DNA of 64,000 bases from Candidatus Poribacteria bacterium (GTDB taxonomy: Bacteria > Poribacteria > WGA-4E > GCA-2687025). The notes under the pieces were generated by a model, which had not been told where the DNA came from, made no database searches, and was given only the letters and a program-made list of their open reading frames with translations. Below, one piece after another: positions 10,431 through 20,130 of this stretch. Every line of letters begins with the position of its first letter. Within the stretch, counting starts at the first letter, position 1. The translations under genes were made by a program, and so were the position numbers. The DNA lies in assembly GCA_963665845.2 (NCBI GenBank), contig OY762492.1, positions 512,001 to 576,000 on the forward strand. The letters run 5' to 3'.

Positions 10431-11303
10431 ATGCGCGTGGAGCGGTTTAAACAGAACCCGATCATCGTTCCGGACATGGACGAACGGATGGGCGGCAACA
10501 TCAACGGACCCTCGCTCATACGGGTTCCAGAATGGATCGAGAATCGGCTGGGGAACTATTATCTGTATTTTGCGCATCATGGCGGCAAATATATTCGCAT
10601 GGCGTATGCGGACGCCTTGGAGGGACCTTGGCAAACCTACGAGCCTGGCGTGTTGGATTTGGCGGATTCGTTTTCCCGAGGTCATATCGCGTCGCCGGAT
10701 GTCCATATCTATGAATCGAAGCGCGAGATTCGAATGTACTACCATGGTCCCGATCCGAAGGAGCCTGGGCAGGTGTCGAGAGTCGCGCTCTCGTCGGATG
10801 GGCTGAATTTCACGGCGCGCCCTGAAATTTTGGGCGTCTTTTACTTCCGCGTCTTTCAATGGAACGGCATGCATTACGCCCTCGGCATGCCGGGCATCTT
10901 CTACCGCTCCAAGGACGGGCTGACCAATTTTGAGGAAGGACCGCATCTGTTCACCCCAGACATGCGGCATTCCGCCGTCCGCCTTGAGCGCGGAGAGAAG
11001 GGGGAGCGGCTGCGCGTCTTTTTCTCCAACGTCGGCGACTGCCCAGAAAGCGTTTTGACGGCGACCATCGATCTGACGGAGGACTGGAACGAGTGGCGCG
11101 AATCGGAGTCGGAGACGGTCTTGGAGCCTGAAACGGAGTATGAAGGCGCCGACCTGCCCTTGAAACCGTCCCGACGCGGATGGATTCCCGTCCGCGCCCG
11201 ACAACTGCGCGACCCATGCCTCTTTGAAGAGGACGGAAAGCTGTACCTGCTCTACTCGGTCGCCGGCGAATCGGGCATCGCCATCGCGCGTTTAGATCAA
11301 TGA
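10431..11303 (+). CDS. Five-bladed beta-propeller glycoside hydrolase-like protein (GH43/GH130-like)
   Basis: NPII, NINGPS, YYLYFAHH, HIASPDV, LRDP, LYSVAGE. Confidence 0.65.
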   Translation: MRVERFKQNPIIVPDMDERMGGNINGPSLIRVPEWIENRLGNYYLYFAHHGGKYIRMAYADALEGPWQTYEPGVLDLADSFSRGHIASPDVHIYESKREIRMYYHGPDPKEPGQVSRVALSSDGLNFTARPEILGVFYFRVFQWNGMHYALGMPGIFYRSKDGLTNFEEGPHLFTPDMRHSAVRLERGEKGERLRVFFSNVGDCPESVLTATIDLTEDWNEWRESESETVLEPETEYEGADLPLKPSRRGWIPVRARQLRDPCLFEEDGKLYLLYSVAGESGIAIARLDQ

Positions 11304-11381
11304 AGCGCCGAAAGAACCGCGCTAACCAGCGGAAAAACCTTCGAGCCGCCCGGCGTCATTCCCGCGCCCTTCCTCGTCATT

Positions 11382-11528
11382 TGTATGTCGGCAATCCCAT
11401 CTTCTTGCAGCTCACGGCCGGAGCCTTGGAGCGCAATTTCCTTGCCGTCCGGGGACCACTCAGGGTACTCATAGGACGCGCCGCTGTTCGTTAGATTGAC
11501 GACGTTGCGCCCGTCCGAACTCCTCGTA
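11382..11528 (-). pseudogene. Fragment of TolB/PD40 beta-propeller gene
   Basis: Frame reads SDGRNVVNLTNSGASYEYPEWSPDGKEIA...DI; no start codon; fused to a REP repeat. Confidence 0.65.
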
Positions 11529-11704
11529 TAAGATTATCATACTTCGTCGTCTGTAGAGACTGCCCATTTTTACCCTAAAGCGTCCGCTCCGCGCCCATGC
11601 GGTAAGACGCGCGGTAAGACGGCTGTCAGATTCGCCCCAACCCAAAGCCTGTCTCTGTTCGACGCATGCGCCCCCGCCCGTTTTAGAGTACCATGCTTGC
11701 GTAT

Positions 11705-11800
11705 GGGGGCGGATAGGGTCCGGCGGCTCTACCGGTCTTCAAAACCGGATACGGGCGTTTAAACGTCTGTGGTGGGTTCGACTCCCACCCGCTCCCGCCA
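11705..11800 (+). tRNA. selC: tRNA-Sec(TCA)
   Basis: 8-bp acceptor GGGGGCGG/CCGCTCCC, CCGGT-CTTCAAA-ACCGG anticodon arm, long variable arm, GCCA end, 96 nt. Confidence 0.93.
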
Positions 11801-11817
11801 AGCGCCGCGCGCCGCCC

Positions 11818-12237
11818 TCACCCTGCAAAGACCCGATAAGCCCAATACGCCGCCAAAACCTGACGCAGCGGAAGCACAGGAATCCCCCAGCGCGGCAAAA
11901 AAATGTTCAGCGCATAACAGACCGAATAGGCGCCGCCGACCCAGATCGTATCCTTCCAAAACAGCCCTCCGATGAGAGCCAGCTCCCCGAACCGATCCGC
12001 CGCCCAGTCCACATGCGGGTTGTCTTCGCCGTTGCGCCGCGCGGCGACTCCGTCCGCGACATCCAACAGGAGGCATGCAATCAACAAGCCGAGCGCCCAG
12101 CCCAGCCGTCCGCCCATACATGCCCAGCCCGCCAAGAAGCAGCACCAAGCGCTGGCGCGGGTTACCTCTTCAGCCGAAAACGGAAGCGGCGCCCCCCCGA
12201 ACGCTCGATCCGCGAGCTGTTTGCGAATGTCGGTCAA
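11818..12237 (-). CDS. CDP-alcohol phosphatidyltransferase family protein
   Basis: LDVADGVAAR...DWAADR motif; TTG start overlaps the upstream stop. Confidence 0.75.
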   Translation of the reverse strand: MTDIRKQLADRAFGGAPLPFSAEEVTRASAWCCFLAGWACMGGRLGWALGLLIACLLLDVADGVAARRNGEDNPHVDWAADRFGELALIGGLFWKDTIWVGGAYSVCYALNIFLPRWGIPVLPLRQVLAAYWAYRVFAG

Positions 12238-12671
12238 CCTGCGAAGAAGAGCCACAGGGACAACCCCCCTATCAACGCCTCCTGCGCGATGCGCGTCGGC
12301 AAACTCTTGCCCATGTCGATGCCCGGCGCGGAGCAAATACGCTTGTACGGCTCGCTGTATCCGTTGATGAAATCGCAAAACAGATGCGCCGACAAACAGG
12401 CGATAAAAAGACAGCCGAACTGAAAATGGAACGCCATAATGCATAGCCCGACCGCCAGCCAGACCGCCGTTCCAAGCAGCTCATGCATGAAGGTGCGCGC
12501 ATGGCGCATGCCCCCGACCTTCAGCTTCATCGTCCTTAGGAACAGCAGATGGTCTAAGTCGGGCAGGAGCGAAAAGCCGACCGCGTAGAGGTAGACGGGT
12601 TGAACTTCGGGAACCTCTTTAAAAAAAGAGGCGACGCCTAAGCCGACCGCCGCGTGCGTGAAGCTTGTCAT
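12234..12671 (-). CDS. YdjM-like metal-dependent membrane hydrolase
   Basis: THAAVG, SLLPDLDH, RTFMH, HLFCD. Confidence 0.75.
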   Translation of the reverse strand: MTSFTHAAVGLGVASFFKEVPEVQPVYLYAVGFSLLPDLDHLLFLRTMKLKVGGMRHARTFMHELLGTAVWLAVGLCIMAFHFQFGCLFIACLSAHLFCDFINGYSEPYKRICSAPGIDMGKSLPTRIAQEALIGGLSLWLFFAG

Positions 12672-13532
12672 TTAACCGTCTTTAACCGCCTTTCGAGCCA
12701 AGCGCAGGCTTGCTGCGCCGAGCGCGGCTCCCGCCGCAATGTCCAGCAGATAATGGTAACGGGCGTACGCCGCGCCGAAGCACATCCCCGCGACGACGAC
12801 CCAAGCGGCGGCTCCCGCCTTCCAGCCCCAAATGCGTCCGCACCAGACGGCGAAGACGACTCCCGTGGAGGTGTGCGAACTGGGCATGGCTCCGCCTTTG
12901 AGCGCGACTCCGCCGTACTGAACATGGTTCAAGAAATCTGTGACGAACCCGCCTTTCAGCTGCTGCTCCGAAACGTCCAGCAGACCGGCGTCCACAAACG
13001 CCCAGCGCGGACCCCAGAGCGGAACAAGCGCAAAGACGATAAAGGACGCGGCGTACCCAAACGAGACGGCAAAGACCGCCTCTTCAAAACCCTTATACTC
13101 TTTTCGGCGGGTTAATGCAACGCCGAGCGTCAGCATATACAGATAATAGCTGGCGTAAAAAATGGAGGCTGCCTCGGTCAATATCGGGGAGCCGCCCTTC
13201 GCCATCCAGAGCGTCGGCTGCCCGATGCGCTGTTCGATAGCGATGAAGGCGGCGTCCCAGGTGTCGCCGGGCGGATGGAACGCATGCAGCGTCCACTCTG
13301 CCCAGCCGTAGCATATCCAGAATGCAACCGCCGGCAGCCATAAAACCGCCCAGCGGGCAGGTTCGCTTTTGAAGCCGCCGCGCCGGCCGCGCCTCAAGAG
13401 ATAAACGAAGGCGGCAATGGCAATCAGATTTGCCGCAAAAACCCAGACAGGGATAGGTACATAGCGGATTGCCAACGCCGATAAAAGCGTATGGGCAATG
13501 AGATAGACCAATGCCAGACGGATCCCCGCCAT
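12672..13532 (-). CDS. PAP2 superfamily (AUR1/IPC-synthase-like) membrane protein
   Basis: FYASYY, P..GPR, AMPSSH, RYHYLLDIAAG. Confidence 0.82.
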   Translation of the reverse strand: MAGIRLALVYLIAHTLLSALAIRYVPIPVWVFAANLIAIAAFVYLLRRGRRGGFKSEPARWAVLWLPAVAFWICYGWAEWTLHAFHPPGDTWDAAFIAIEQRIGQPTLWMAKGGSPILTEAASIFYASYYLYMLTLGVALTRRKEYKGFEEAVFAVSFGYAASFIVFALVPLWGPRWAFVDAGLLDVSEQQLKGGFVTDFLNHVQYGGVALKGGAMPSSHTSTGVVFAVWCGRIWGWKAGAAAWVVVAGMCFGAAYARYHYLLDIAAGAALGAASLRLARKAVKDG

Positions 13533-13620
13533 TCCGTTCAACCTCGCTAAAGGGGCGTAAGAATGAGCCGCGCTCTTCAAATGGTGCGCATATGATAGAG
13601 CGCCGCGGCAAGAATTCAAA

Positions 13621-13788
13621 CTGACCTCATGCCTAAAGTTGGGACATTTAAACGACCAAAGCCATTATTCATGGGAAAAAAGCCTCGCAGGCCAGATCGT
13701 CATTCCCGCGTAAGCGGGAATCCAGAGGCGCCGCAGAAGATGTCCGCGTTCGCATGCCGGCATGCCCCAACTAAAGACGTAAGGTCAG
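13621..13788. mobile_element. MITE-A, complete 168-bp copy with TTCAAA target duplication
   Basis: TIRs ctgacctcatgcctaaagttgggaca / tgccccaactaaagacgtaaggtcag; ttcaaa on both sides; central palindrome. Confidence 0.85.
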
Positions 13789-14103
13789 TTCAAACCGCGT
13801 TTCACGGGATGGTACGCCCATGCGGTGAACTTCATTTTGACCCTAGAGCGTCCGCGCCGCTGCGCCCGTCCTTTAAACCCCCTAGCCCCCTTTCAAGGGG
13901 AATCTGATCTCACGCCTAAAGTTGGGACATCCCGGCATGGAAACGCAGACGGTTTCTGCGACGCCTCTAGATTCCCGCTTGCGCGGGAGTATCTGTGTTC
14001 AAAGTCAATCATTTTGCGCTTTCCGTAGCGCCGAAAGTCGCCGCGGCGGATATTTTTCGGCAGTACCGAAGGAGCCGCCGCAGCGAGATTTCGGAAAGGG
14101 TTT

Positions 14104-15306
14104 TCATCTGCCTTGCGTCCTGTCGCTTGACTGCGGATCCGAAGACGCCGATGCCGGCGCTTCTCCAGGCGCCGGCAGCGCCTCCCCGACAGCCTCGTCA
14201 GAAGGCGCTGCGGCAGATGTTTTGATCGGCGCCGCGACCGACGCATCGGAAGACCCCAACTCTTCCGATGGCGCCTCAGCCTCAGTTTCATCCTGCTCAT
14301 CAGAAGACGCCGACTCTTCCGACGAAGCCAACGAATGCAGCTCATCCAAAGGAACCCAAGGCGTCTCCCGCTTCAGAATCGCGTTCGCAAGAACCGCCAG
14401 CTTCCGCATCACCGCCACAAGAGCCGCCTTCCCAGGCTTGCCGTTCTCCTTCAGACGCTCGTAAAACACCTTCATGTCCGGGTTGAAACGAATCGCCGAC
14501 ATCGCCGACATATACAGAAGCGCGCGAACATCGCTCCGACCGCCCCAAATATGACGCCGACCTGTCGACTTACCGCTCTCGCGCGCCCAAGGAGCCAAAC
14601 CAAGCAGGGAACAGATCTGACTCCCGCTGCGCCTGCCCAACTCCGGCACATGAAGAACCAGATACGCGGAAATGAGAACCCCGAAGCCCGGAATGCTCTC
14701 CAACAGGCTGAACTTCTCGCGAAGCTCTGCCTCTTTCTTGACCAATGCCAGAGCTTCCCGCTCCGCCGCGTCACGCTTCTCTTTCAGGGACTGGATGATC
14801 TCTTCGGTCGCATCCTTGGTCGCCTCGCCGTCCAGCAGATGCTTCCGATTGGTCCACTGAGTGATCGTTTTCACCAGCTGCATGCGTATCGTCATCCAGC
14901 GGCGAGCCTTTTTCACGACCGGATCGATCGGTTTCGTTGGTTTCAGATCGCGGCTCAGCCCATACAGCGCGAGCATCTTGGCGTCCAGCGCGTCGGTCTT
15001 GGCGCGGACGCTGTAGGAGCGGATGAAGTTATGGGCAAAGTTTGGATGGCAGCGGCGGTAAGGGATCTCTGCTTCGGCGAGCAGCGACGCCAGTTTCCGC
15101 TCGTATCCGCCGGTCGGTTCAAAGACGACCATGTTGATGTCGGGGCGGGTCGTCAGGAGGCGTTTGATGAACCGCTTGATGGGGCTCGCGGCGTTTTTGA
15201 TGGTGGAGGTTTTCCCGCTGTTGATGGAGATTTCAAGCGTGTCTTTGGACGCGTCGATTCCGGCGACGATTTTGTTGCTGTTTTCGTCGTGGCGTGGTAT
15301 GTTCAT
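14104..15306 (-). CDS. IS110 DEDD recombinase/transposase with acidic C-terminal tail
   Basis: GIDASK, FEPTG, KTDALDA (DEDD); SIPGFG; ARESG catalytic Ser; AVMRKL. Confidence 0.95.
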   Translation of the reverse strand: MNIPRHDENSNKIVAGIDASKDTLEISINSGKTSTIKNAASPIKRFIKRLLTTRPDINMVVFEPTGGYERKLASLLAEAEIPYRRCHPNFAHNFIRSYSVRAKTDALDAKMLALYGLSRDLKPTKPIDPVVKKARRWMTIRMQLVKTITQWTNRKHLLDGEATKDATEEIIQSLKEKRDAAEREALALVKKEAELREKFSLLESIPGFGVLISAYLVLHVPELGRRSGSQICSLLGLAPWARESGKSTGRRHIWGGRSDVRALLYMSAMSAIRFNPDMKVFYERLKENGKPGKAALVAVMRKLAVLANAILKRETPWVPLDELHSLASSEESASSDEQDETEAEAPSEELGSSDASVAAPIKTSAAAPSDEAVGEALPAPGEAPASASSDPQSSDRTQGR

Positions 15307-15324
15307 TTTCGTTCTCCTTTCGGG

Positions 15325-15525
15325 AGAAAAGGACAAGAAGGACCGGCCTCCTTACTTGTATTCTGTAACAAGAACACGGTATCTGTGCGGAGCCTCCGGT
15401 CTTTCTTGTCTTCTTTGCGCGGCTCTCGATACTCCCGCACGGCGCCGCTGCGAAGCAACGCGCCCAAGACGGTCTGGAGTCTGACCGCGCTACCCCTTAA
15501 GTATGCGCTTACTCGAGGGGCAAGA
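15325..15525 (-). ncRNA. Putative bridge RNA of IS110 copy 1 (ends approximate)
   Basis: Non-coding left end with two stem/internal-loop/stem domains whose loops match target and donor halves. Confidence 0.7.
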
Positions 15526-15722
15526 TCATCATACAAATGACGGTTGGATCGGCGGGCCGCCGCGCAAAAAATGAACGTTCTCGCCTGTAGAGACTTCCTT
15601 GAGCGCAAACGAATCTCCGCCGTGTCATGACCATAACCTAAGCGGAGTTTGCGGTTGCCCTTTACTACAGATTCATATAACGTGCGGCTTGAGTATTCAG
15701 GCGCGAAAGGGAGAGCGGTTGT

Positions 15723-16766
15723 ATGTTGAAAGCATGTGTGATCGGATGCGGGCGCATGGGCGCCACCATCGACGACGAAATACGCGGACATCCCACCAGG
15801 ACGCCGACGCTGCCATGGGCGCACGCGGCGGGGTTCGCTGAATCGGACAGGGCGGAGCTGACCGCCGTCTCCGATGTCGACCCAGAGAAAGCAAAGAGAA
15901 TTCGCGAGCGGTACGGGGCAAAGCGTTCCTATCTGGACTACCGCGAAATGATCTTGACCGAAAAACCGGACATCGTCTCCATTGCGACGCGCCCCGGCCC
16001 GCATGCCGAGATGACCGTCTTTGCGGCGGAAAACGGCGTCAAAGGAATCTACTGCGAAAAACCGCTCTGCTGCTCAATGGAAGAAGCGGACGCCATGGTC
16101 GAAGCGGTGGAACGCAGCGGCGCCAAATTCAACTACGGCGTCAACCGCCGATACACCCCGCTTTTCCGAAAAATGCGCCAGATGATCGATGAAGGCGCCG
16201 TCGGAAACGTTCAGGCATGCATCGCGTTCTGCGGCGTCGGCTCGGCAATGTGGTCGCACACGCATGCGGCAGACCTGCTGCTCAACATGGCGCAGGACTC
16301 GGAGGTTTCACATGTTCAGGGCGCCTTGCGCTGGGCGGAATCGGACCTGGACGGCAACTCTCTCCGAACCGACCCCGGCGTTGAGATGGGGTATGCGCGA
16401 TTCAAAAACGGCGTTCACGGCTATTTCACCGCCGCCTCCGGCTACGAGTTTGAGGTGAGCGGAACGAAGGGCAAACTGCGCACCCACAACGACTACTCAA
16501 CGCTGGAATGGCGCTCATACGACAAGTGGAGCGTCCTTCAACGGCAGGAGCTGGAGCCGATACCCGCGCAAAGCCCGACGCTGAACCTGATTGCGGAGCT
16601 GGCAGACGCGGTCGAGAACGACGGCGAGACGACCGGCAACATACAGATCGCGCGGCGCAGTCAGGAGATCATGTTCGGGCTGGTGGAGTCGCATCGTTTG
16701 GGCGGCGTTCCCGTTCCGCTTCCGCTTGAGAACCGCGGCTTGCGCGTCATGCCGGGCGGCTGGTAG
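15723..16766 (+). CDS. Gfo/Idh/MocA oxidoreductase
   Basis: IGCGRMG, DIVSIAT, CEKP. Confidence 0.9.
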   Translation: MLKACVIGCGRMGATIDDEIRGHPTRTPTLPWAHAAGFAESDRAELTAVSDVDPEKAKRIRERYGAKRSYLDYREMILTEKPDIVSIATRPGPHAEMTVFAAENGVKGIYCEKPLCCSMEEADAMVEAVERSGAKFNYGVNRRYTPLFRKMRQMIDEGAVGNVQACIAFCGVGSAMWSHTHAADLLLNMAQDSEVSHVQGALRWAESDLDGNSLRTDPGVEMGYARFKNGVHGYFTAASGYEFEVSGTKGKLRTHNDYSTLEWRSYDKWSVLQRQELEPIPAQSPTLNLIAELADAVENDGETTGNIQIARRSQEIMFGLVESHRLGGVPVPLPLENRGLRVMPGGW

Positions 16767-17949
16767 GCGGGGGCGTCACGCTTCCGAGAACGGCGGGCTG
16801 CGCCGCCCCGGTGGCGCGCGGCGCGTTGGCGGTCAACCCGCGCATCGTCTCCCTTGCGAGCAGGGCGAACAGCGCCGCCTCTTTCGACTCCGCCGAGACG
16901 CCCCATTCGTCGGGCTGTCGGAAACGGAGCGGCATGCCGCGTTTTTCCAGAGCCGTTTTCAGCATGCGCATGAGCGTTCTGTTGAGCGCGCCGCCTCCGC
17001 TCACAATTATCTCGCGCAGGTCGGGAGGTCCGTGCCGCTTTGCGGCGTCGGCGATCGTTTCGGCGGTGAACGCTGTCAGCGTCGCCATGAGGTCGTCGTC
17101 GGAGAGTCGGCGCCGCCGCCCCTCTTCGATGAGGGTACGGGCGTACGGCGCGCCGAACATTTCTCGACCTGTGCTTTTAGGCGGATCGCCGGCGCAGTAC
17201 GGGTGGAGCGTCCAGTTTTGGAGAAGAGACGGGTCGGACTTGCCTTGAGCGGCTTGCTCTCCGTTGTTGTCGTAAGGGCGTTTTCCGTTGGAAAAAAGAA
17301 CCGCCGCGGCGTCCATGAGCGCGTTGCCGGGGCCGGTGTCGAAAGCGGTCGTTTCGCTGAAATCGGCGCCTGCAGGCAGGAAAGCGATGTTGGCGATGCC
17401 GCCGATGTTGAGCAGCGCGCGGCTCGCCGTTCGTGAACGAAAAAGCGTCCAGTCGAGATACGGGGCGAGAGGCGCGCCTTGTCCGCCGAGGGCGACATCG
17501 ACCGCGCGAAAATTGTCGACAACAGGCAAACCCGACCGGACAGCGATGGCGGCGGGGCATCCGATCTGCAGCGTCGCATGGGGCGGCTCATGCCAGAGGG
17601 TCTGCCCGTGCGATCCGACGGCGAGCATTTCGTCGGTTGAGAAGCCCGCGTCCTGGACAATACGCCGCGCCGCATTTCCAAACGCATGCCCGATGTGAGC
17701 GTTCAGAAGGCAGATTTCGCGCGGATCGGCATCGCCTTCAAAGGCGCGCATGAGCCGCCCGCGCAGCCGCGGACGATGCGGCGTTTCGGCGTAATGCAGA
17801 ACGCGCAGGCGCGCCCGCCCATCATCGTCGTCGTCGATTTGGACGAGCGCGGCGTCGATCGCGTCGGCGGAGGTGCCGGACATGAGACCGACAACATGGA
17901 CGCTTTTCTGCTGCGCGCGCTGCGCGAGTTGTTGAAGCCAGTTGACCAT
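16747..17949 (-). CDS. anmK: Anhydro-N-acetylmuramic acid kinase
   Basis: GLMSGTSAD, GSHGQT, GGQGAPL, NIGGIAN, FDTGPGN, KSTGRE, KEA. Confidence 0.95.
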   Translation of the reverse strand: MVNWLQQLAQRAQQKSVHVVGLMSGTSADAIDAALVQIDDDDDGRARLRVLHYAETPHRPRLRGRLMRAFEGDADPREICLLNAHIGHAFGNAARRIVQDAGFSTDEMLAVGSHGQTLWHEPPHATLQIGCPAAIAVRSGLPVVDNFRAVDVALGGQGAPLAPYLDWTLFRSRTASRALLNIGGIANIAFLPAGADFSETTAFDTGPGNALMDAAAVLFSNGKRPYDNNGEQAAQGKSDPSLLQNWTLHPYCAGDPPKSTGREMFGAPYARTLIEEGRRRRLSDDDLMATLTAFTAETIADAAKRHGPPDLREIIVSGGGALNRTLMRMLKTALEKRGMPLRFRQPDEWGVSAESKEAALFALLARETMRGLTANAPRATGAAQPAVLGSVTPPPTSRPA

Positions 17950-18001
17950 GACGCCGGCATTGTAGCGCTGTCGGGAGCGATTTGCAGCCCGTCCCGCGGC
18001 G

Positions 18002-18727
18002 TCAAAATTCAGCGCCGGCTCTCTTTAAGGCTGCCCATACCGCCGCCGATTTGCCTGACGGATCGACCGACAGCGCGCCCGCCGGCCCGTATACCTTCAC
18101 ATCGTCGTAGGACGCCTGCGTCGCCCATGTCGCCACGCCGATGCGTCCAACGCCGTCCCGCGCCGCGTCTTTCATTTCGGCGACCTTCTCGTCGTTCAGG
18201 TAGAGCGTGTAGCCGTCTGCGCGGTTTTCGATGCGTATCTCGTACCATTCATTCGTTGCGATGGTATGGTTCGAGTGCGCGCCGGAAATTCCGCCGCCCC
18301 ACGCTTCGACCTGCGAGCGGGAGTTGTTCCATCCGCCGAGGTTCCACCAGTATTGCAGCCTTGCCTGTTCCGCCATGCGCGGCGGATGGTCTCGAAGCGC
18401 TTTTCCGCGCGGCTCCATCGTCCCCTGACAGCGAAACATGATCAGAAAGCCCTCGGCGCCGCCGGTCTTTTTGCCGCGCACTTCGTAGGTGTACTCCACC
18501 CAGCTCTCGTCCCAGTACTCGTCCGCGACGACCGACATGGCGTTCGATTCGCCGCTCTTTTGGAGGTATTCGCCCCCGTTGAATTCCCAGGTTCCCCAAA
18601 GGTCAACCCATTTCTTGTCGGACTCGTTCACATTGGAGAAGTCGTCCTCAAAGTACAATTGCGCGTCAGCAGAGATTGTCCACGCCGCCGTCAACAGAAC
18701 CATGATGAGCAAGATCGTTTTTTTCAT
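18002..18727 (-). CDS. Secreted DUF1080/lectin-fold protein with conserved C-terminal motif
   Basis: Signal peptide, FEDDF, NLGGWNN, GRIG..T, YDDVKV; ends LSVDPSGKSAAVWAALK. Confidence 0.7.
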   Translation of the reverse strand: MKKTILLIMVLLTAAWTISADAQLYFEDDFSNVNESDKKWVDLWGTWEFNGGEYLQKSGESNAMSVVADEYWDESWVEYTYEVRGKKTGGAEGFLIMFRCQGTMEPRGKALRDHPPRMAEQARLQYWWNLGGWNNSRSQVEAWGGGISGAHSNHTIATNEWYEIRIENRADGYTLYLNDEKVAEMKDAARDGVGRIGVATWATQASYDDVKVYGPAGALSVDPSGKSAAVWAALKRAGAEF

Positions 18728-18860
18728 GTCGACTCCTTTTATGCGGTTTTACAATGGCCGCATGTTAATGGACAAACGCTTTGGGCGCAACATGTAGGCT
18801 GGCATGGGCGTTCTTAGCAAACGGGGATAGGCATATTCGTCTTTTGTTCGAGGATTCTAA

Positions 18861-19022
18861 GATTCCCGCTTACGCGGGAATGACGGAATGGGAGGCGGGA
18901 ATGACGGAATGGGAGGCGGGAATGACGGAATGGGAGGCGGGAATGACGGAATGAGAGGCGGTTCGTTAAAGAGCGGGGCGGTTCGTTCCCCCCTTGAAAA
19001 GGGGGGTTAGGGGGGGTTTAAA
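18861..19022. repeat. REP palindrome, 21-nt tandem array (GGGAATGACGGAATGGGAGGC x4) and hairpin module
   Basis: Directly visible tandem units. Confidence 0.85.
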
Positions 19023-19050
19023 GAGCGGGAGCGGCAAACTGCGACGCCTT

Positions 19051-20109
19051 TTAAAAGCGCGTCTCGGCGCGTTTCTCGGCGGATTCATACAGCGCGCTGG
19101 TGATCTGGGCGACGATCATGCCGATGCGCCCTGTGTCGATCGGCTCAATCCGCTCTAAGACGCTCCACACAAAATGGCGCTGCGAATCCTCATACCCCGC
19201 CGAGCTTTGCCCCTGTTGCCGCAGGCGCCGCTCGTAGCTGTCCAGGTTGAAGGAGACATTCGCGTCCATTCCGTAAAGGTCGGTGTAGAAGGTGAACGGG
19301 TTCAGCCGCAGCCCGCCAAGCGATCCGAACAGCTTGTCGCCGTCGAACTCGCCGAACGCCGCCCATGCCTCTTCGACGATCATCGTCACATCGTTTTTAA
19401 AGCGGACGACGCCGGCGGCAAACTCTTCCACATCGAAGCCGCTGTCGGCGCGCCGTTTTTCGTCCATCGGAATCTCGGTGAAGACGGAGCCGCTTGCCGT
19501 TTCTGGTTCGGGCATGCCGAGAAGATACACCATGCGCGCCATGTTGTAGATGCCGGTGTCGGCGAGGGTTCCGCCGCCCGATTTTTCTTTCTGTACAAAA
19601 TGCGTTGTGGCGTACCCGTCCACATAGACGCGCCCTTTGCGCCTGCCGTGGCTCGTTTTCACATAATAGACGCGTCCGAGCGCGCCGTCCTCAATGAGCC
19701 GTTTTGCCGCTTTCGTCTCGCGCGTGAAGACGGTGCCCATCTGTACATGGAGCTGCTTGCCCGCTTTCTGGGCGGCTTCGTACATCGCCTGCGCTTCATC
19801 GCCGGTACGCGCCATCGGCTTTTCGCAGTAGACATGTTTGCCCGCCTCCAGCGCGGCGATGGACACGGGCGCATGCAAAAAGTTCGGCAGGCACACATCC
19901 ACCGTGTCGATCTCATCAACGGCGAGCAGGTCGCGGTAATCCGAAAAAACGCGCCCGATGCCGTTCGCCTGGGCGACGCGCCGCGCCTCCGCTTCGTTGA
20001 TGTCCGCCAGCGCGACCAGCTCCACATCGCCGCGCATCTCCATATACCGCCGAACATGCGACTTGCCGATAATGCCCGCGCCGACGACGCCCGCTTTCAG
20101 TGTTGGCAT
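19051..20109 (-). CDS. Gfo/Idh/MocA oxidoreductase
   Basis: GAGIIG, CLPNFLH, CEKP, SGGGTLADTG. Confidence 0.9.
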   Translation of the reverse strand: MPTLKAGVVGAGIIGKSHVRRYMEMRGDVELVALADINEAEARRVAQANGIGRVFSDYRDLLAVDEIDTVDVCLPNFLHAPVSIAALEAGKHVYCEKPMARTGDEAQAMYEAAQKAGKQLHVQMGTVFTRETKAAKRLIEDGALGRVYYVKTSHGRRKGRVYVDGYATTHFVQKEKSGGGTLADTGIYNMARMVYLLGMPEPETASGSVFTEIPMDEKRRADSGFDVEEFAAGVVRFKNDVTMIVEEAWAAFGEFDGDKLFGSLGGLRLNPFTFYTDLYGMDANVSFNLDSYERRLRQQGQSSAGYEDSQRHFVWSVLERIEPIDTGRIGMIVAQITSALYESAEKRAETRF

Positions 20110-20130
20110 GCTGTTTTCCTCTGCCTTTGC

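Larger units (their letters stand above)
13988..15535 (-). mobile_element. IS110-family element copy 1, inserted in a REP-like palindrome
   Basis: Minus-strand junctions GTCATT|TGTATG and CAGATACT|CCCGC; no TIR or TSD; highly similar to copy 2. Confidence 0.92.

Noticed and set aside
11800-13620. Genomic island integrated at selC
   Set aside because: No integrase and no duplicated tRNA 3' end seen in the window.
18876-18960. Possible CRISPR array (also 3329-3402)
   Set aside because: Units are head-to-tail 21-22-nt repeats with no unique spacers, and there are no cas genes; they derive from the REP half-site.
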